DNA of 64,000 nt, taken from positions 1 through 64,000 of the IMG/VR virus record IMGVR_UViG_3300032287_001974; one strand, 5' to 3'. Shown here piece by piece: positions 1 to 7,376 of this stretch. Position numbers and translations under genes: made by a program. The notes below the pieces were generated by a model. It saw nothing but the letters and a program-made list of their open reading frames with translations, was not told the origin of the DNA and did not search any database. Position 1 is the stretch's first letter. The number at the start of each line of letters is the position of its first letter. This DNA is from a virus.

Positions 1-41
1 CCTGGCATATAGCCAGCTCAGCAACAAGCAACCAACCCAAC

Positions 42-74
42 AAAAAAACCTCACGCCCGAAGACGTGAGGTTTC
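42..74 (-). terminator. Intrinsic terminator for the minus-strand early genes
   Basis: AAACCTCACG/CGTGAGGTTT stem next to an A7 run (U-tract on the minus strand), just past the stop of 85..492. Confidence 0.75.
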
Positions 75-84
75 TCTGCAAAAC

Positions 85-492
85 TTAAGGCGCTTGCACT
101 AGCCGAAGGGCGTGATAGGCACCTAACTCATCGTGGCTTGAGCGAACAACCTCTAGGATGCCGTTGTCAAGCAACTTGAAGCGAAGAGTGAAGTCACCGT
201 CGAGAGTGAGAGACGACCAAACATCCTTTACGGATTCAGGCTCCCATCCACCTCTGCCGGCTAGGCGTCGCCATGTTGCGCCCGAATACTCGACCTCAAC
301 CATGTACTCGCCTAGAGTCTTGTCACCTAGCCATTGTTCGATGACATACTCAACATGGTCGACTTGTTCGGTGAAACAGTCGCCATAGCAATACTCAGCG
401 GGCGTTGCCTCTCCCGTCTCATCATTCCAAACCTCGCAAATGCAGTCGCTAGTAAGCGTGCCGTTTGCGATTACCGTTGATTCCTGAACCAT
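85..492 (-). CDS. Hypothetical early protein
   Basis: 135 aa ORF with GAGGGAG RBS and an upstream promoter motif. Confidence 0.75.
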   Translation of the reverse strand: MVQESTVIANGTLTSDCICEVWNDETGEATPAEYCYGDCFTEQVDHVEYVIEQWLGDKTLGEYMVEVEYSGATWRRLAGRGGWEPESVKDVWSSLTLDGDFTLRFKLLDNGILEVVRSSHDELGAYHALRLVQAP

Positions 493-533
493 GATTCTCC
501 CTCAGTTGTGTAGCCCTTGTTGACTACAAGACA

Positions 534-568
534 AGACTATTAGGTAATAGCCTTGCTATCAGAGATAG
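534..568 (-). promoter_or_regulatory. Early promoter motif, copy 1 (CTATCTCTGATAG-N16-TAGTCT)
   Basis: Same motif and identical 16-nt spacing at 1486-1520 and 2769-2803, each upstream of a minus-strand operon. Confidence 0.7.
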
Positions 569-600
569 CTAATCCGTTACCAAACCGTTATACATGCCCT

Positions 601-670
601 CAACCCAACAAACAGCCAACCAGCCGCCTATTATTTAGGGGGATCGGCTGGTTGGCTGTTTGTTGGGTTG
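601..670. repeat. Perfect 26-bp inverted repeat with 18-nt spacer
   Basis: 601-626 is the exact reverse complement of 645-670. Confidence 0.95.
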
Positions 671-680
671 GCCTCCCATG

Positions 681-760
681 CCTCTCAGCGGGGCTGTGCG
701 CCCCGCTGAGGGCTTTTGGGAACACCCAGCCACTCCGAGGGGGCGGAGTGGCTGGGGGCT
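681..760 (-). other. Pair of GC-rich hairpins (terminator or sRNA), module copy 1
   Basis: CTCAGCGGGG/CCCCGCTGAG and CCCAGCCACTCCG/CGGAGTGGCTGGG stems joined by GGGAACA; same layout at 1651-1730. Confidence 0.6.
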
Positions 761-762
761 TT

Positions 763-918
763 CTATGCGTGCCAGTAGTCCCATTCTTGGTCACGCAAAA
801 CTTGTGCTCCTTCGATACAGTCGGCGCACTCCAAATCGTAACCCTCGCGGTCGATTAGTTCCTCGACTTCTTGGTCACAAGTTGGGCAAGTGATTGCTTC
901 GTCGTTTTGTTCGGTCAT
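763..918 (-). CDS. Small CxxC...CxxC zinc-finger protein
   Basis: CPTC and CADC; the ATG at 918 overlaps the upstream stop (ATGA). Confidence 0.65.
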   Translation of the reverse strand: MTEQNDEAITCPTCDQEVEELIDREGYDLECADCIEGAQVLRDQEWDYWHA

Positions 919-1130
919 GGCGTTACCTCCTGCGGTTCTTTGAGCCATTCATTTATTCTAGTGCGGAAGCCCTCGAAACTCATTTCTATCGTGGGCGTGT
1001 TGCTGGCGTAGTCCCAGACATTTATCAGGTCGTGGGGCTCGGTGTGGTTCTTGTTGCTTACTTCGATTAGAGCACCGCCAGACCACTCAAAACGCAAGTG
1101 CTCGGTTTCGGCGATTAGTTTGATTTCCAT
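915..1130 (-). CDS. Hypothetical early protein
   Basis: 71 aa ORF with GGAGGG RBS. Confidence 0.7.
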   Translation of the reverse strand: MEIKLIAETEHLRFEWSGGALIEVSNKNHTEPHDLINVWDYASNTPTIEMSFEGFRTRINEWLKEPQEVTP

Positions 1131-1195
1131 TTAGTTCCCTCCAAAGGATTATTAGGTGAGCCAGTTTTAGGACTTGGCTCAGGTCACAGGAAAAT

Positions 1196-1426
1196 CTAGA
1201 ACCCTAGACTTTTGACTACCCAGAAATCGCCGTCTTTCCAGCGGTTTCGGGTCGCCAGACTACCAACGCCAGCGACCCTGATTTCCCTGACGCCATCAGC
1301 GTCAGTGGTTACCTCAGTCACTTCACCGGTAATGCTGGTGTCGGTTAGCCCGTGGCGTAGTGCCACCTTAGCACCGACTACAACCTGAGCCAACAACTCA
1401 GTCTGTTCGACTTGTAAAGTTTCCAT
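1196..1426 (-). CDS. Hypothetical early protein
   Basis: 76 aa ORF, first gene after promoter copy 2. Confidence 0.7.
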   Translation of the reverse strand: METLQVEQTELLAQVVVGAKVALRHGLTDTSITGEVTEVTTDADGVREIRVAGVGSLATRNRWKDGDFWVVKSLGF

Positions 1427-1485
1427 GTTCTCACCCTCTCTCCGTAGGCTCCCGCACTTTGCGTTTCCTCTCGCCTACAAAAACT

Positions 1486-1520
1486 AATCTAGTGCCTAAT
1501 AGCCCTGCTAACAGACATAG
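1486..1520 (-). promoter_or_regulatory. Early promoter motif, copy 2 (CTATGTCTGTTAG-N16-TAGATT)
   Basis: Motif conserved three times. Confidence 0.7.
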
Positions 1521-1559
1521 CAGAAAAATAGTTATAACAGATTGGTAACGACACGCCCG

Positions 1560-1647
1560 ACCCAACAAGTTATCAAATCGTTATAAAGCAATCGGCAACC
1601 CTAGTAATAGGCCGATTGCTTTATAACGATTTGATAACTTGTTGGGT
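1560..1647. repeat. Perfect 37-bp inverted repeat with 14-nt spacer
   Basis: 1560-1596 is the exact reverse complement of 1611-1647. Confidence 0.95.
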
Positions 1648-1650
1648 TGG

Positions 1651-1730
1651 TGCCCCTGCTGGCATGGGGGATACCAGCAGGGGCAGGGGGAACACCCGCC
1701 CTTGACTAGGGGGAGCCAAGGGCGGGGGCT
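1651..1730 (-). other. Pair of GC-rich hairpins with C5 loops (minus strand), module copy 2
   Basis: TGCCCCTGCTGG/CCAGCAGGGGCA and CCCGCCCTTG/CAAGGGCGGG stems; both loops contain GGGGG on the plus strand. Confidence 0.6.
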
Positions 1731-1731
1731 T

Positions 1732-1941
1732 TTATCCCAGCAAGCGTTTTACTTGCGGGGCGAATGTTAGCAGGACTGCTAGGACTGAACCGATTAGCAA
1801 GCCGTTAGCGAATGTCTCGCTGACTGTTTGGCTTGGTTCACCGCCTAGCAGGATTAGCACGCCGTAGAGCACGCACCAGAGAACAGCAACAACAGGAACC
1901 GCGAGCGCGCCTAGCACTGCTCGGCGAATGTAATACTTCAT
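1732..1941 (-). CDS. Small two-TM membrane protein
   Basis: Two hydrophobic stretches. Confidence 0.7.
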   Translation of the reverse strand: MKYYIRRAVLGALAVPVVAVLWCVLYGVLILLGGEPSQTVSETFANGLLIGSVLAVLLTFAPQVKRLLG

Positions 1942-2081
1942 TAGTTCGCCACCTTTTCACGCTCGGCATTGGCGCAGGTGTAGCAGATTTCGCCGATGCG
2001 GTCTAGGCACTCCAAGAGTAGAGCGTCTACCCCAGAGTGAACGATTGACTCGATCGAGCCACAAACAGAACATTTATTCAT
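1941..2081 (-). CDS. 46 aa zinc-finger protein (not in ORF track)
   Basis: MNKCSVCGS...ICYTCANAEREKVAN; AAGGAG RBS; TAATG overlap with the next gene. Confidence 0.65.
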   Translation of the reverse strand: MNKCSVCGSIESIVHSGVDALLLECLDRIGEICYTCANAEREKVAN

Positions 2082-2136
2082 TTGATACTCCTTGATTAGG
2101 GAGAGAGCAGGGGCTTGCGCCCCCGCTCTGCTCGTA

Positions 2137-2436
2137 TTACTTGACTAGGTAAACCTCGCCTTTAGCGTGGATTTCGCTAACTGCGTCTAGCGGGATAGAG
2201 CGGATTGCTCGCTCTGGAGTTGTCTTGCTTGCGACTACATCAAGGACAACTAGCAAACCTTTTGACTTAGCGTCATAGGCGGGGTCTCCACCTTTTAGTT
2301 TGCTTGCGAAGTTGGTTGTTGCCAACATCTTGCGGGTCTCACCTGTGGTGCGCTTGGTGAAAACAACCGAGAACATTTTGCCGTTGAGGGAGCGGAGGAA
2401 GTCCTCCACCCCCTCACGCTGAATTGAGAGCGACAC
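2137..2436 (-). CDS. WYL_2-like / SH3 beta-barrel phage protein
   Basis: FSVVFTKRTTGETRKMLAT...RSIPLDAV pattern typical of phage WYL_2 (DUF2693) proteins. Confidence 0.6.
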   Translation of the reverse strand: MSLSIQREGVEDFLRSLNGKMFSVVFTKRTTGETRKMLATTNFASKLKGGDPAYDAKSKGLLVVLDVVASKTTPERAIRSIPLDAVSEIHAKGEVYLVK

Positions 2437-2687
2437 TAGTTGTCGGTCCCAAAGTCGGCTTCGGCTTTTGCTCGCTCGGCTTTTGCCTTGCGGGTAGCCT
2501 TGCTCTCGGCAAGTGTGGCAACGAGCAACTTTTTGAGTTGCTTCGCTTGAGCAGGTGATAGCAACACGCTAACGCCCTGTCCGTTGTCGGCGGTGAACCG
2601 AACGGAGATGTCGCCATCGCTGTCTGCGTAGGCGGTAATGCGGGCGTTCTCTTCACTGTAGAGATGCGCCGATAGTGAGATAGCCAT
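2436..2687 (-). CDS. Hypothetical early protein
   Basis: 83 aa ORF coupled to the next gene. Confidence 0.7.
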   Translation of the reverse strand: MAISLSAHLYSEENARITAYADSDGDISVRFTADNGQGVSVLLSPAQAKQLKKLLVATLAESKATRKAKAERAKAEADFGTDN

Positions 2688-2768
2688 AAGGCTAGCCCCC
2701 TAACTCCCTTGCGGGATAGGTCTAGGTAATCGCCTAGCCGATTAGTTAGTTCCCTCTAACTACTACTA

Positions 2769-2803
2769 ACACTAGTGCCAAACAAGCCTACTAACAGACA
2801 TAG
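2769..2803 (-). promoter_or_regulatory. Early promoter motif, copy 3 (CTATGTCTGTTAG-N16-TAGTGT)
   Basis: Motif conserved three times. Confidence 0.7.
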
Positions 2804-2830
2804 ATTATAACGGAATGATAACGACTACTC

Positions 2831-2880
2831 TCGAACACTTGTTCGAACAGGGGGGTAGGGTTAATCGAACATCTGTTCGA
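2831..2880. promoter_or_regulatory. Two actinobacterial LexA (SOS) boxes
   Basis: TCGAAC-ACTT-GTTCGA at 2831-2846 and TCGAAC-ATCT-GTTCGA at 2865-2880, both perfect matches to TCGAAC-N4-GTTCGA. Confidence 0.8.
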
Positions 2881-3101
2881 ACACCCCGCCAGGTGTCAGG
2901 AACGGTTGAGGGTGCTAAAAGGTAGGCAGTAGCCTAAAACGGCGGGGGTAGCGGGCACGGCGGATCCGGCGCGCAGCGGGCCCTGCGGGTTTCTTTGTTC
3001 CCACCTACCTGCACATTTGCATCAAATATTTGAATAGCTACTTAAATAGATGATTGGAAGAGTTGAAGTAGCTTTGTCTGCTGCGCCGCCGAATTTCAAG
3101 C

Positions 3102-3129
3102 TTGACATGCAAAAAAACTTAAGTATAAT
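3102..3129 (+). promoter_or_regulatory. Consensus SigA promoter
   Basis: TTGACA-N16-TATAAT at the head of the plus-strand arm. Confidence 0.75.
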
Positions 3130-3176
3130 CGAAGGTTTACAGGGCTATAGCTACTCAGCTAGTCCATAATGGAGTA

Positions 3177-3365
3177 ATGGAACCAGGACGTCAATTCGGT
3201 AAGCTAATCAACTTCACTCGTCGCCGCGCTCAGAAGCGTGATGAGCAGATCAGTCAGAGTACTCCCTTCGGTCCAATGAGCGCATTCCGCGATGACGCAG
3301 AGAACCGCATCAAGCATCAGGAAGTAAAGAACCTAGAAGAGCAAGCCAAGAAAGAAGATAAGTAA
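3177..3365 (+). CDS. Small hypothetical protein (N-terminal GRQF motif)
   Basis: GGAG RBS; first of a chain of coupled ORFs. Confidence 0.7.
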   Translation: MEPGRQFGKLINFTRRRAQKRDEQISQSTPFGPMSAFRDDAENRIKHQEVKNLEEQAKKEDK

Positions 3366-3637
3366 TGGCATCTGCAGAAAGTCAAGACCCTAAAAACCCA
3401 GATTACTACGATTACGGTAATGGGAATGGAAAGTATTTAGATGACCATGACAAAAAGGTCATGCACCCTAGCTCTGGGATTAAAGGGTTTGAGTGGCACC
3501 CAGCGGGCGTCAATCCAGATAACGGTAAGAAGTTCTTGAAGCACCACACCTATATCGATTACAAGAATGGCTGCCGCAACTGTGAGCGACTAGAAGACGC
3601 GCGCATTCACCCTAACGGCTCTAAGCCCTGGGAGTAA
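3365..3637 (+). CDS. Hypothetical protein
   Basis: TAATG coupling; His/Cys motifs. Confidence 0.7.
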   Translation: MASAESQDPKNPDYYDYGNGNGKYLDDHDKKVMHPSSGIKGFEWHPAGVNPDNGKKFLKHHTYIDYKNGCRNCERLEDARIHPNGSKPWE

Positions 3638-3638
3638 G

Positions 3639-3821
3639 ATGGCCGGCCGCGTTCACGAATTCCAATCGGGTGTATTTACCCCAAAAAGGCCCGTTTTTGA
3701 AGCTGGAGTAAGTAGAGTCAACGATCGTATCTTTACTGGTCCTAGAGGTGCTGTTCAGCGGTACAATGTTTCTATTGCGGCATCGGACGTCGCACGCAAC
3801 CCTTACAGAGGAAATTTCTAA
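3639..3821 (+). CDS. Small hypothetical protein
   Basis: GGAG RBS, coupled to the next gene. Confidence 0.65.
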   Translation: MAGRVHEFQSGVFTPKRPVFEAGVSRVNDRIFTGPRGAVQRYNVSIAASDVARNPYRGNF

Positions 3822-4012
3822 TGGAGTCTAAAGACAATCAGTTTGGCGACATGTCTCACATTCGCAAGACCAATCCAATCAACGCCAAGGATCCAATCCC
3901 AAACTGCGTTAACTGCAAGGGTGTCCTCCACAACGGCTTCTACGGCGACTACAACTACTGCGACGACTGCGTGGTAGACTTGGAAGATCGCGCAATGGGT
4001 AAGGATAAATAA
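3821..4012 (+). CDS. Small zinc-finger protein
   Basis: CVNC...CDDC. Confidence 0.65.
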   Translation: MESKDNQFGDMSHIRKTNPINAKDPIPNCVNCKGVLHNGFYGDYNYCDDCVVDLEDRAMGKDK

Positions 4013-4344
4013 TGGCTGAAAAGAAACCAGCAAGCAAGGCTAAGACCAAAGCCGGTACTACTAAAGACGGCAAGAAGGTCTACGGCCCATTCAAGGGTTC
4101 TGCTAAGAATGGCGGACGCCCTATGATGTCTGTCGTAAACAAAGACGGATCTCGCACGTCTGTAGATGCTGCTAAGTTCAAGTATGAGCAGAAGCACGGT
4201 AAGCTTCCAAAGGGCACCGACGTTGACCACAAGAACAACAATCACTCGGACGACAAGATGTCAAACCTTCGCCCACTTAAGCACGGAGCTAACACCGCTA
4301 AGGAAAACAAGCGTCGTGCCGGCAAGAAAGAGAACGACAAGTAA
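4012..4344 (+). CDS. HNH endonuclease-like basic protein
   Basis: DVDHKNNNHSDDKMSNLRPL...ANTAKEN HNH motif. Confidence 0.75.
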   Translation: MAEKKPASKAKTKAGTTKDGKKVYGPFKGSAKNGGRPMMSVVNKDGSRTSVDAAKFKYEQKHGKLPKGTDVDHKNNNHSDDKMSNLRPLKHGANTAKENKRRAGKKENDK

Positions 4345-4535
4345 TGGACCCAAAGTTTCCACAGATTGATAAGGCTGCAATGACTAAGCAGCTTCAAGAC
4401 GAGTCCGCTGACTATGTTGCCTCTCAGCCAAAAGAGCGCAATCAAGGCTACCTATCTAGCGGTGTCAATCGACTTGTTCGCGGCTCTCAGAACATTGTTT
4501 CAAGTGGCCCCCTAAAAGACCCCTACAAAATTTAA
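4344..4535 (+). CDS. Small hypothetical protein
   Basis: TAATG coupling. Confidence 0.65.
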   Translation: MDPKFPQIDKAAMTKQLQDESADYVASQPKERNQGYLSSGVNRLVRGSQNIVSSGPLKDPYKI

Positions 4536-4544
4536 GGAATAGTA

Positions 4545-4757
4545 ATGGACCCGAAAGACGACCAGTTCGCTGAACTTCGTAAGCTGCAGAGTGAGCACGA
4601 CCCATCTAACCTAGAAGCATGCCCTGACTGTGGCGCTGCTTCGACTATGGGTAAAGACATCTGGGGCAAGGACGTCAGACTGCATCGTGCAGATCGCGGC
4701 AATGGCATGTATGGCTATGATGTCGTAGACCACAGTAAAGACAAAGACGCCAAGTAA
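4545..4757 (+). CDS. Small hypothetical protein (CPDC)
   Basis: AAGGA RBS. Confidence 0.65.
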   Translation: MDPKDDQFAELRKLQSEHDPSNLEACPDCGAASTMGKDIWGKDVRLHRADRGNGMYGYDVVDHSKDKDAK

Positions 4758-4909
4758 TGTATCCAAATCAGACCCAGACTCCAGGCGCTTCTATGGGCGC
4801 TGCGACCCCAACCGGCGATGAGAGCAGCAAGCCTACTGAAGCCCCAGCCGCCACCGGCTCTGCCCCGCCCATTGCTAGCTCCGCGACTTCTGGCGTTGAA
4901 GGCTACTAA
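4757..4909 (+). CDS. 50 aa low-complexity Pro/Ala/Thr protein (not in track)
   Basis: MYPNQTQTPG...GVEGY; TAATG coupling. Confidence 0.55.
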   Translation: MYPNQTQTPGASMGAATPTGDESSKPTEAPAATGSAPPIASSATSGVEGY

Positions 4910-4922
4910 ACAAATAATTTAG

Positions 4923-4957
4923 TTTAGACCGTTAAAATTTCCCCTAGGGGCGATACT
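4923..4957 (+). promoter_or_regulatory. Putative late promoter TTTAGACCG-N20-GATACT
   Basis: Member of a motif family found about 12 times, mostly upstream of structural or lysis genes. Confidence 0.6.
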
Positions 4958-5015
4958 TGTTATTAGCGTCCCGATCAGGCGCTGTAATTACTTCTCTAGA
5001 GATTAAGGAAAAAAC

Positions 5016-6224
5016 ATGGCAACAGATTCTAGCGGCCAGCAAGCCGTAGATTTCGTATGGGGAAAATTCCCTATGCAGCCAAACGATGACCGTGCGGCTA
5101 CAATCAGCAACACTGGTGGAACCACTGGTTCTACTCAGACTCAGAACAAGACTTACGTTGTTACTGCGGCTTCGGCTTCAGGTGGCGTTGTAACTTACAC
5201 ATCTGCTAACACTCTTCAGGTAGGCGAAATCGTAACCATCACTGGTCTATCGACTTCTGCATTCAACTTGACTAACGTAGCAGTTGGTACTGTGTCGTCT
5301 TCACAGTTCACTGTAACTAACGCAGCTACTGGAACCGCTGTTACTGGCGCTACTGCTGTTGCTACCGCTGCTGCTGGACGCCTTCCAGGCGTTGGTGCAG
5401 ACTACAGCTGGTCGGCTACTACTCAGGTTGCTTCAGACCGCCTAAACCCTGCTCTTGACGGACACTCAGACGCAGAGGCCGGATGGTCAGGCTACCCTCT
5501 ATTCGTTGCTGGCGAAGGTAACTTCATCGTTACTGCTGCATCTGGTAACGGAACCACAGTCACCTACACCTCACAGAACTTCTTGACTGCTGGCGAAACT
5601 GTAAACATCACTGGTCTAACTGCTTCGGCATACAACCTTACTAGCGCTACTGTTGCAACTGCTAACGCTACTTCGTTCACAGTTACTAACTCTGCTAACG
5701 CTGGTCTTGTTACTGGCCAGTACGGCAAGGTTCAGGCAACGGATGCACTAACAGCTGCTGACGGTGTCGGACTTGGTAACATCATCGTTCCTAACGTTCT
5801 AGGTGAGCTAACAACAGTGGCTCTTGATGAGCTAAAGGACGCTGGTTACGAAACCGCCAACATTACCAACACCACAGGCGTTACAAACACCGCTACACAG
5901 CCTACTCGTATTAACGTAACCTCGACTACCGCGGCTACTGTATACGTAAGCGGCGGTACTGGAACATGGCCTGTTGGAACCAAGGTTACCATTGCTACCG
6001 GTACGGGCATCCCAACTGCTCTCGTCGGTACTTGGTCGGTAACCGGAGGTAGCGGAAGCACCCTAGTTATCGCCGGTACTGGTTGGACCGTAGCCGACAC
6101 TGGCTCGATCACCCCTGGAACTAAGTTGACCGGTGCGACTCTGACCGTTAAGACTCAGAGCGTTGCCGCTAACGCAGCAAGCATTGGTACTGGTTCAGCA
6201 ATTACCATCACCTCCTGGGCTTAA
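5016..6224 (+). CDS. Virion structural/decoration protein with repeated beta-domains and a split PASTA domain
   Basis: Two VTAASxxGxxVTYTS..L..GE.V.ITGL..SA.NLT repeats; VPNVLGELTTVALDELKDAG...VKTQSVAA PASTA-like halves; strong RBS and own terminator. Confidence 0.65.
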   Translation: MATDSSGQQAVDFVWGKFPMQPNDDRAATISNTGGTTGSTQTQNKTYVVTAASASGGVVTYTSANTLQVGEIVTITGLSTSAFNLTNVAVGTVSSSQFTVTNAATGTAVTGATAVATAAAGRLPGVGADYSWSATTQVASDRLNPALDGHSDAEAGWSGYPLFVAGEGNFIVTAASGNGTTVTYTSQNFLTAGETVNITGLTASAYNLTSATVATANATSFTVTNSANAGLVTGQYGKVQATDALTAADGVGLGNIIVPNVLGELTTVALDELKDAGYETANITNTTGVTNTATQPTRINVTSTTAATVYVSGGTGTWPVGTKVTIATGTGIPTALVGTWSVTGGSGSTLVIAGTGWTVADTGSITPGTKLTGATLTVKTQSVAANAASIGTGSAITITSWA

Positions 6225-6237
6225 TCACCCTAAAGAA

Positions 6238-6270
6238 GAGCCCCAGCCAATCGGCTGGGGTTTTTTCTTT
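6238..6270 (+). terminator. Intrinsic terminator
   Basis: CCCCAGCC-AATC-GGCTGGGG followed by a T-tract. Confidence 0.85.
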
Positions 6271-6309
6271 TAGCAGTAATTAATTATTAAAACGCTCTAC
6301 AATCGAAGC

Positions 6310-7059
6310 ATGGCAGAAAACATCGAGCGCGCAGCGCAGAATCAAATATCTAATGCCGCTGGCTCAAGTCGCGGACAAAACGGCGTAATTGCCGGAATTC
6401 TTACGGGTAACTATCTCAGGGAGAGACGCGACCGCAACCGTGCTGGTCGACCAGGTGCAAACGGTGAACCTAGCCAGGCTCACTGGGAGAACATGGATGC
6501 TTACGCTAACCGTGAGCACCAGCGCCGTCTAGACTTCCTACAAAAAGCCCAATATGGCGACGGGGATGGTACTCCTGGCCCTGATGGTGCCCCTGCTCGT
6601 AGAAGTGGATCCCCAGAGGGAACGTTTGCTCACAACATTGAGTATGGCGACCGTGGTATCAAAGTAGGTTACACTCAGCGCAGAGCAGAAGCCGCAGCAG
6701 CTGCCGATAAGCCAGCTGCAAAGGGTCGCACTCGCCAGACCGCAGGAACCCCGCCTAAAGCCTCTACAGGCTCTAAGACTCGTGGTGCTCAGGCAGGTGC
6801 TGCAATTGGTGGCGCTATCGGAACTGCTCTAGGAGCCGCAGCTGTTAAGAACCCTGCAGGTGCCGCAGTGGGTGGCGAAATTGGCGCTAAGGCTGGAGAA
6901 GCTATTGGTAGCGCCGTGTCAAACACTATTGCTAAGTCTAAGGAAAAGAAGGCTGCTGCATCTTCGGGCAGTGCTGCTGGCTCTAGTTCTTCGCCAAAGC
7001 CTACTCAGCCGGCTGGCTCTAGCTACACCACTGACATTAAGTTCGGTACTACTAAGTAA
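6310..7059 (+). CDS. Gly/Ala-rich protein with glycine zipper (possible ejected/internal protein)
   Basis: GAQAGAAIGGAIGTALGAA...GAAVGGEIGAKAGEAIG; leaderless start 6 nt after TACAAT. Confidence 0.65.
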   Translation: MAENIERAAQNQISNAAGSSRGQNGVIAGILTGNYLRERRDRNRAGRPGANGEPSQAHWENMDAYANREHQRRLDFLQKAQYGDGDGTPGPDGAPARRSGSPEGTFAHNIEYGDRGIKVGYTQRRAEAAAAADKPAAKGRTRQTAGTPPKASTGSKTRGAQAGAAIGGAIGTALGAAAVKNPAGAAVGGEIGAKAGEAIGSAVSNTIAKSKEKKAAASSGSAAGSSSSPKPTQPAGSSYTTDIKFGTTK

Positions 7060-7173
7060 ATGAAGCCTTCAGGTAGAACGCGTGAGTTCCGCGACGCACT
7101 TATGCGTGTCGGAGATTATGCTATTGCCGGTCAGCGAACTAACCTAATCCAATGGGGAAGGTGGACACCGTGA
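7060..7173 (+). CDS. 37 aa hypothetical protein (not in track)
   Basis: MKPSGRTREFRDAL...WTP, adjacent to the upstream stop. Confidence 0.5.
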   Translation: MKPSGRTREFRDALMRVGDYAIAGQRTNLIQWGRWTP

Positions 7174-7319
7174 AAAAAGAATTTAAGACGGCCGTTTTTA
7201 AGCCAGTTCAAATAAATGACTCACGCTTCGGTATCCGAAAGATTTACCTGAACACTCTAGAAAAACCAAGTATCCTTACATACAATAACCCCGGCAGACA
7301 CTGGTGGGGAACTAAATAG
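7170..7319 (+). CDS. 49 aa hypothetical protein (not in track)
   Basis: GTG start overlaps the upstream TGA; KKEFKTAVFKP resembles 3639..3821. Confidence 0.5.
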   Translation: MKKEFKTAVFKPVQINDSRFGIRKIYLNTLEKPSILTYNNPGRHWWGTK

Positions 7320-7376
7320 CCTGTTTTATTTGGTTTAATAGTTTATCCTTGACCTGAAGCATTTGAAAGGACCGTA

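Noticed and set aside
553-893. ORFs 553..858, 600..794 and 660..893
   Set aside because: They run across the palindrome and hairpin module, lack an RBS and look like chance ORFs
1597-1610. Rolling-circle (HUH) nick site in the palindrome loop (TATTAC on the minus strand)
   Set aside because: Only a partial match to known nonamers, and no Rep/HUH gene in the window
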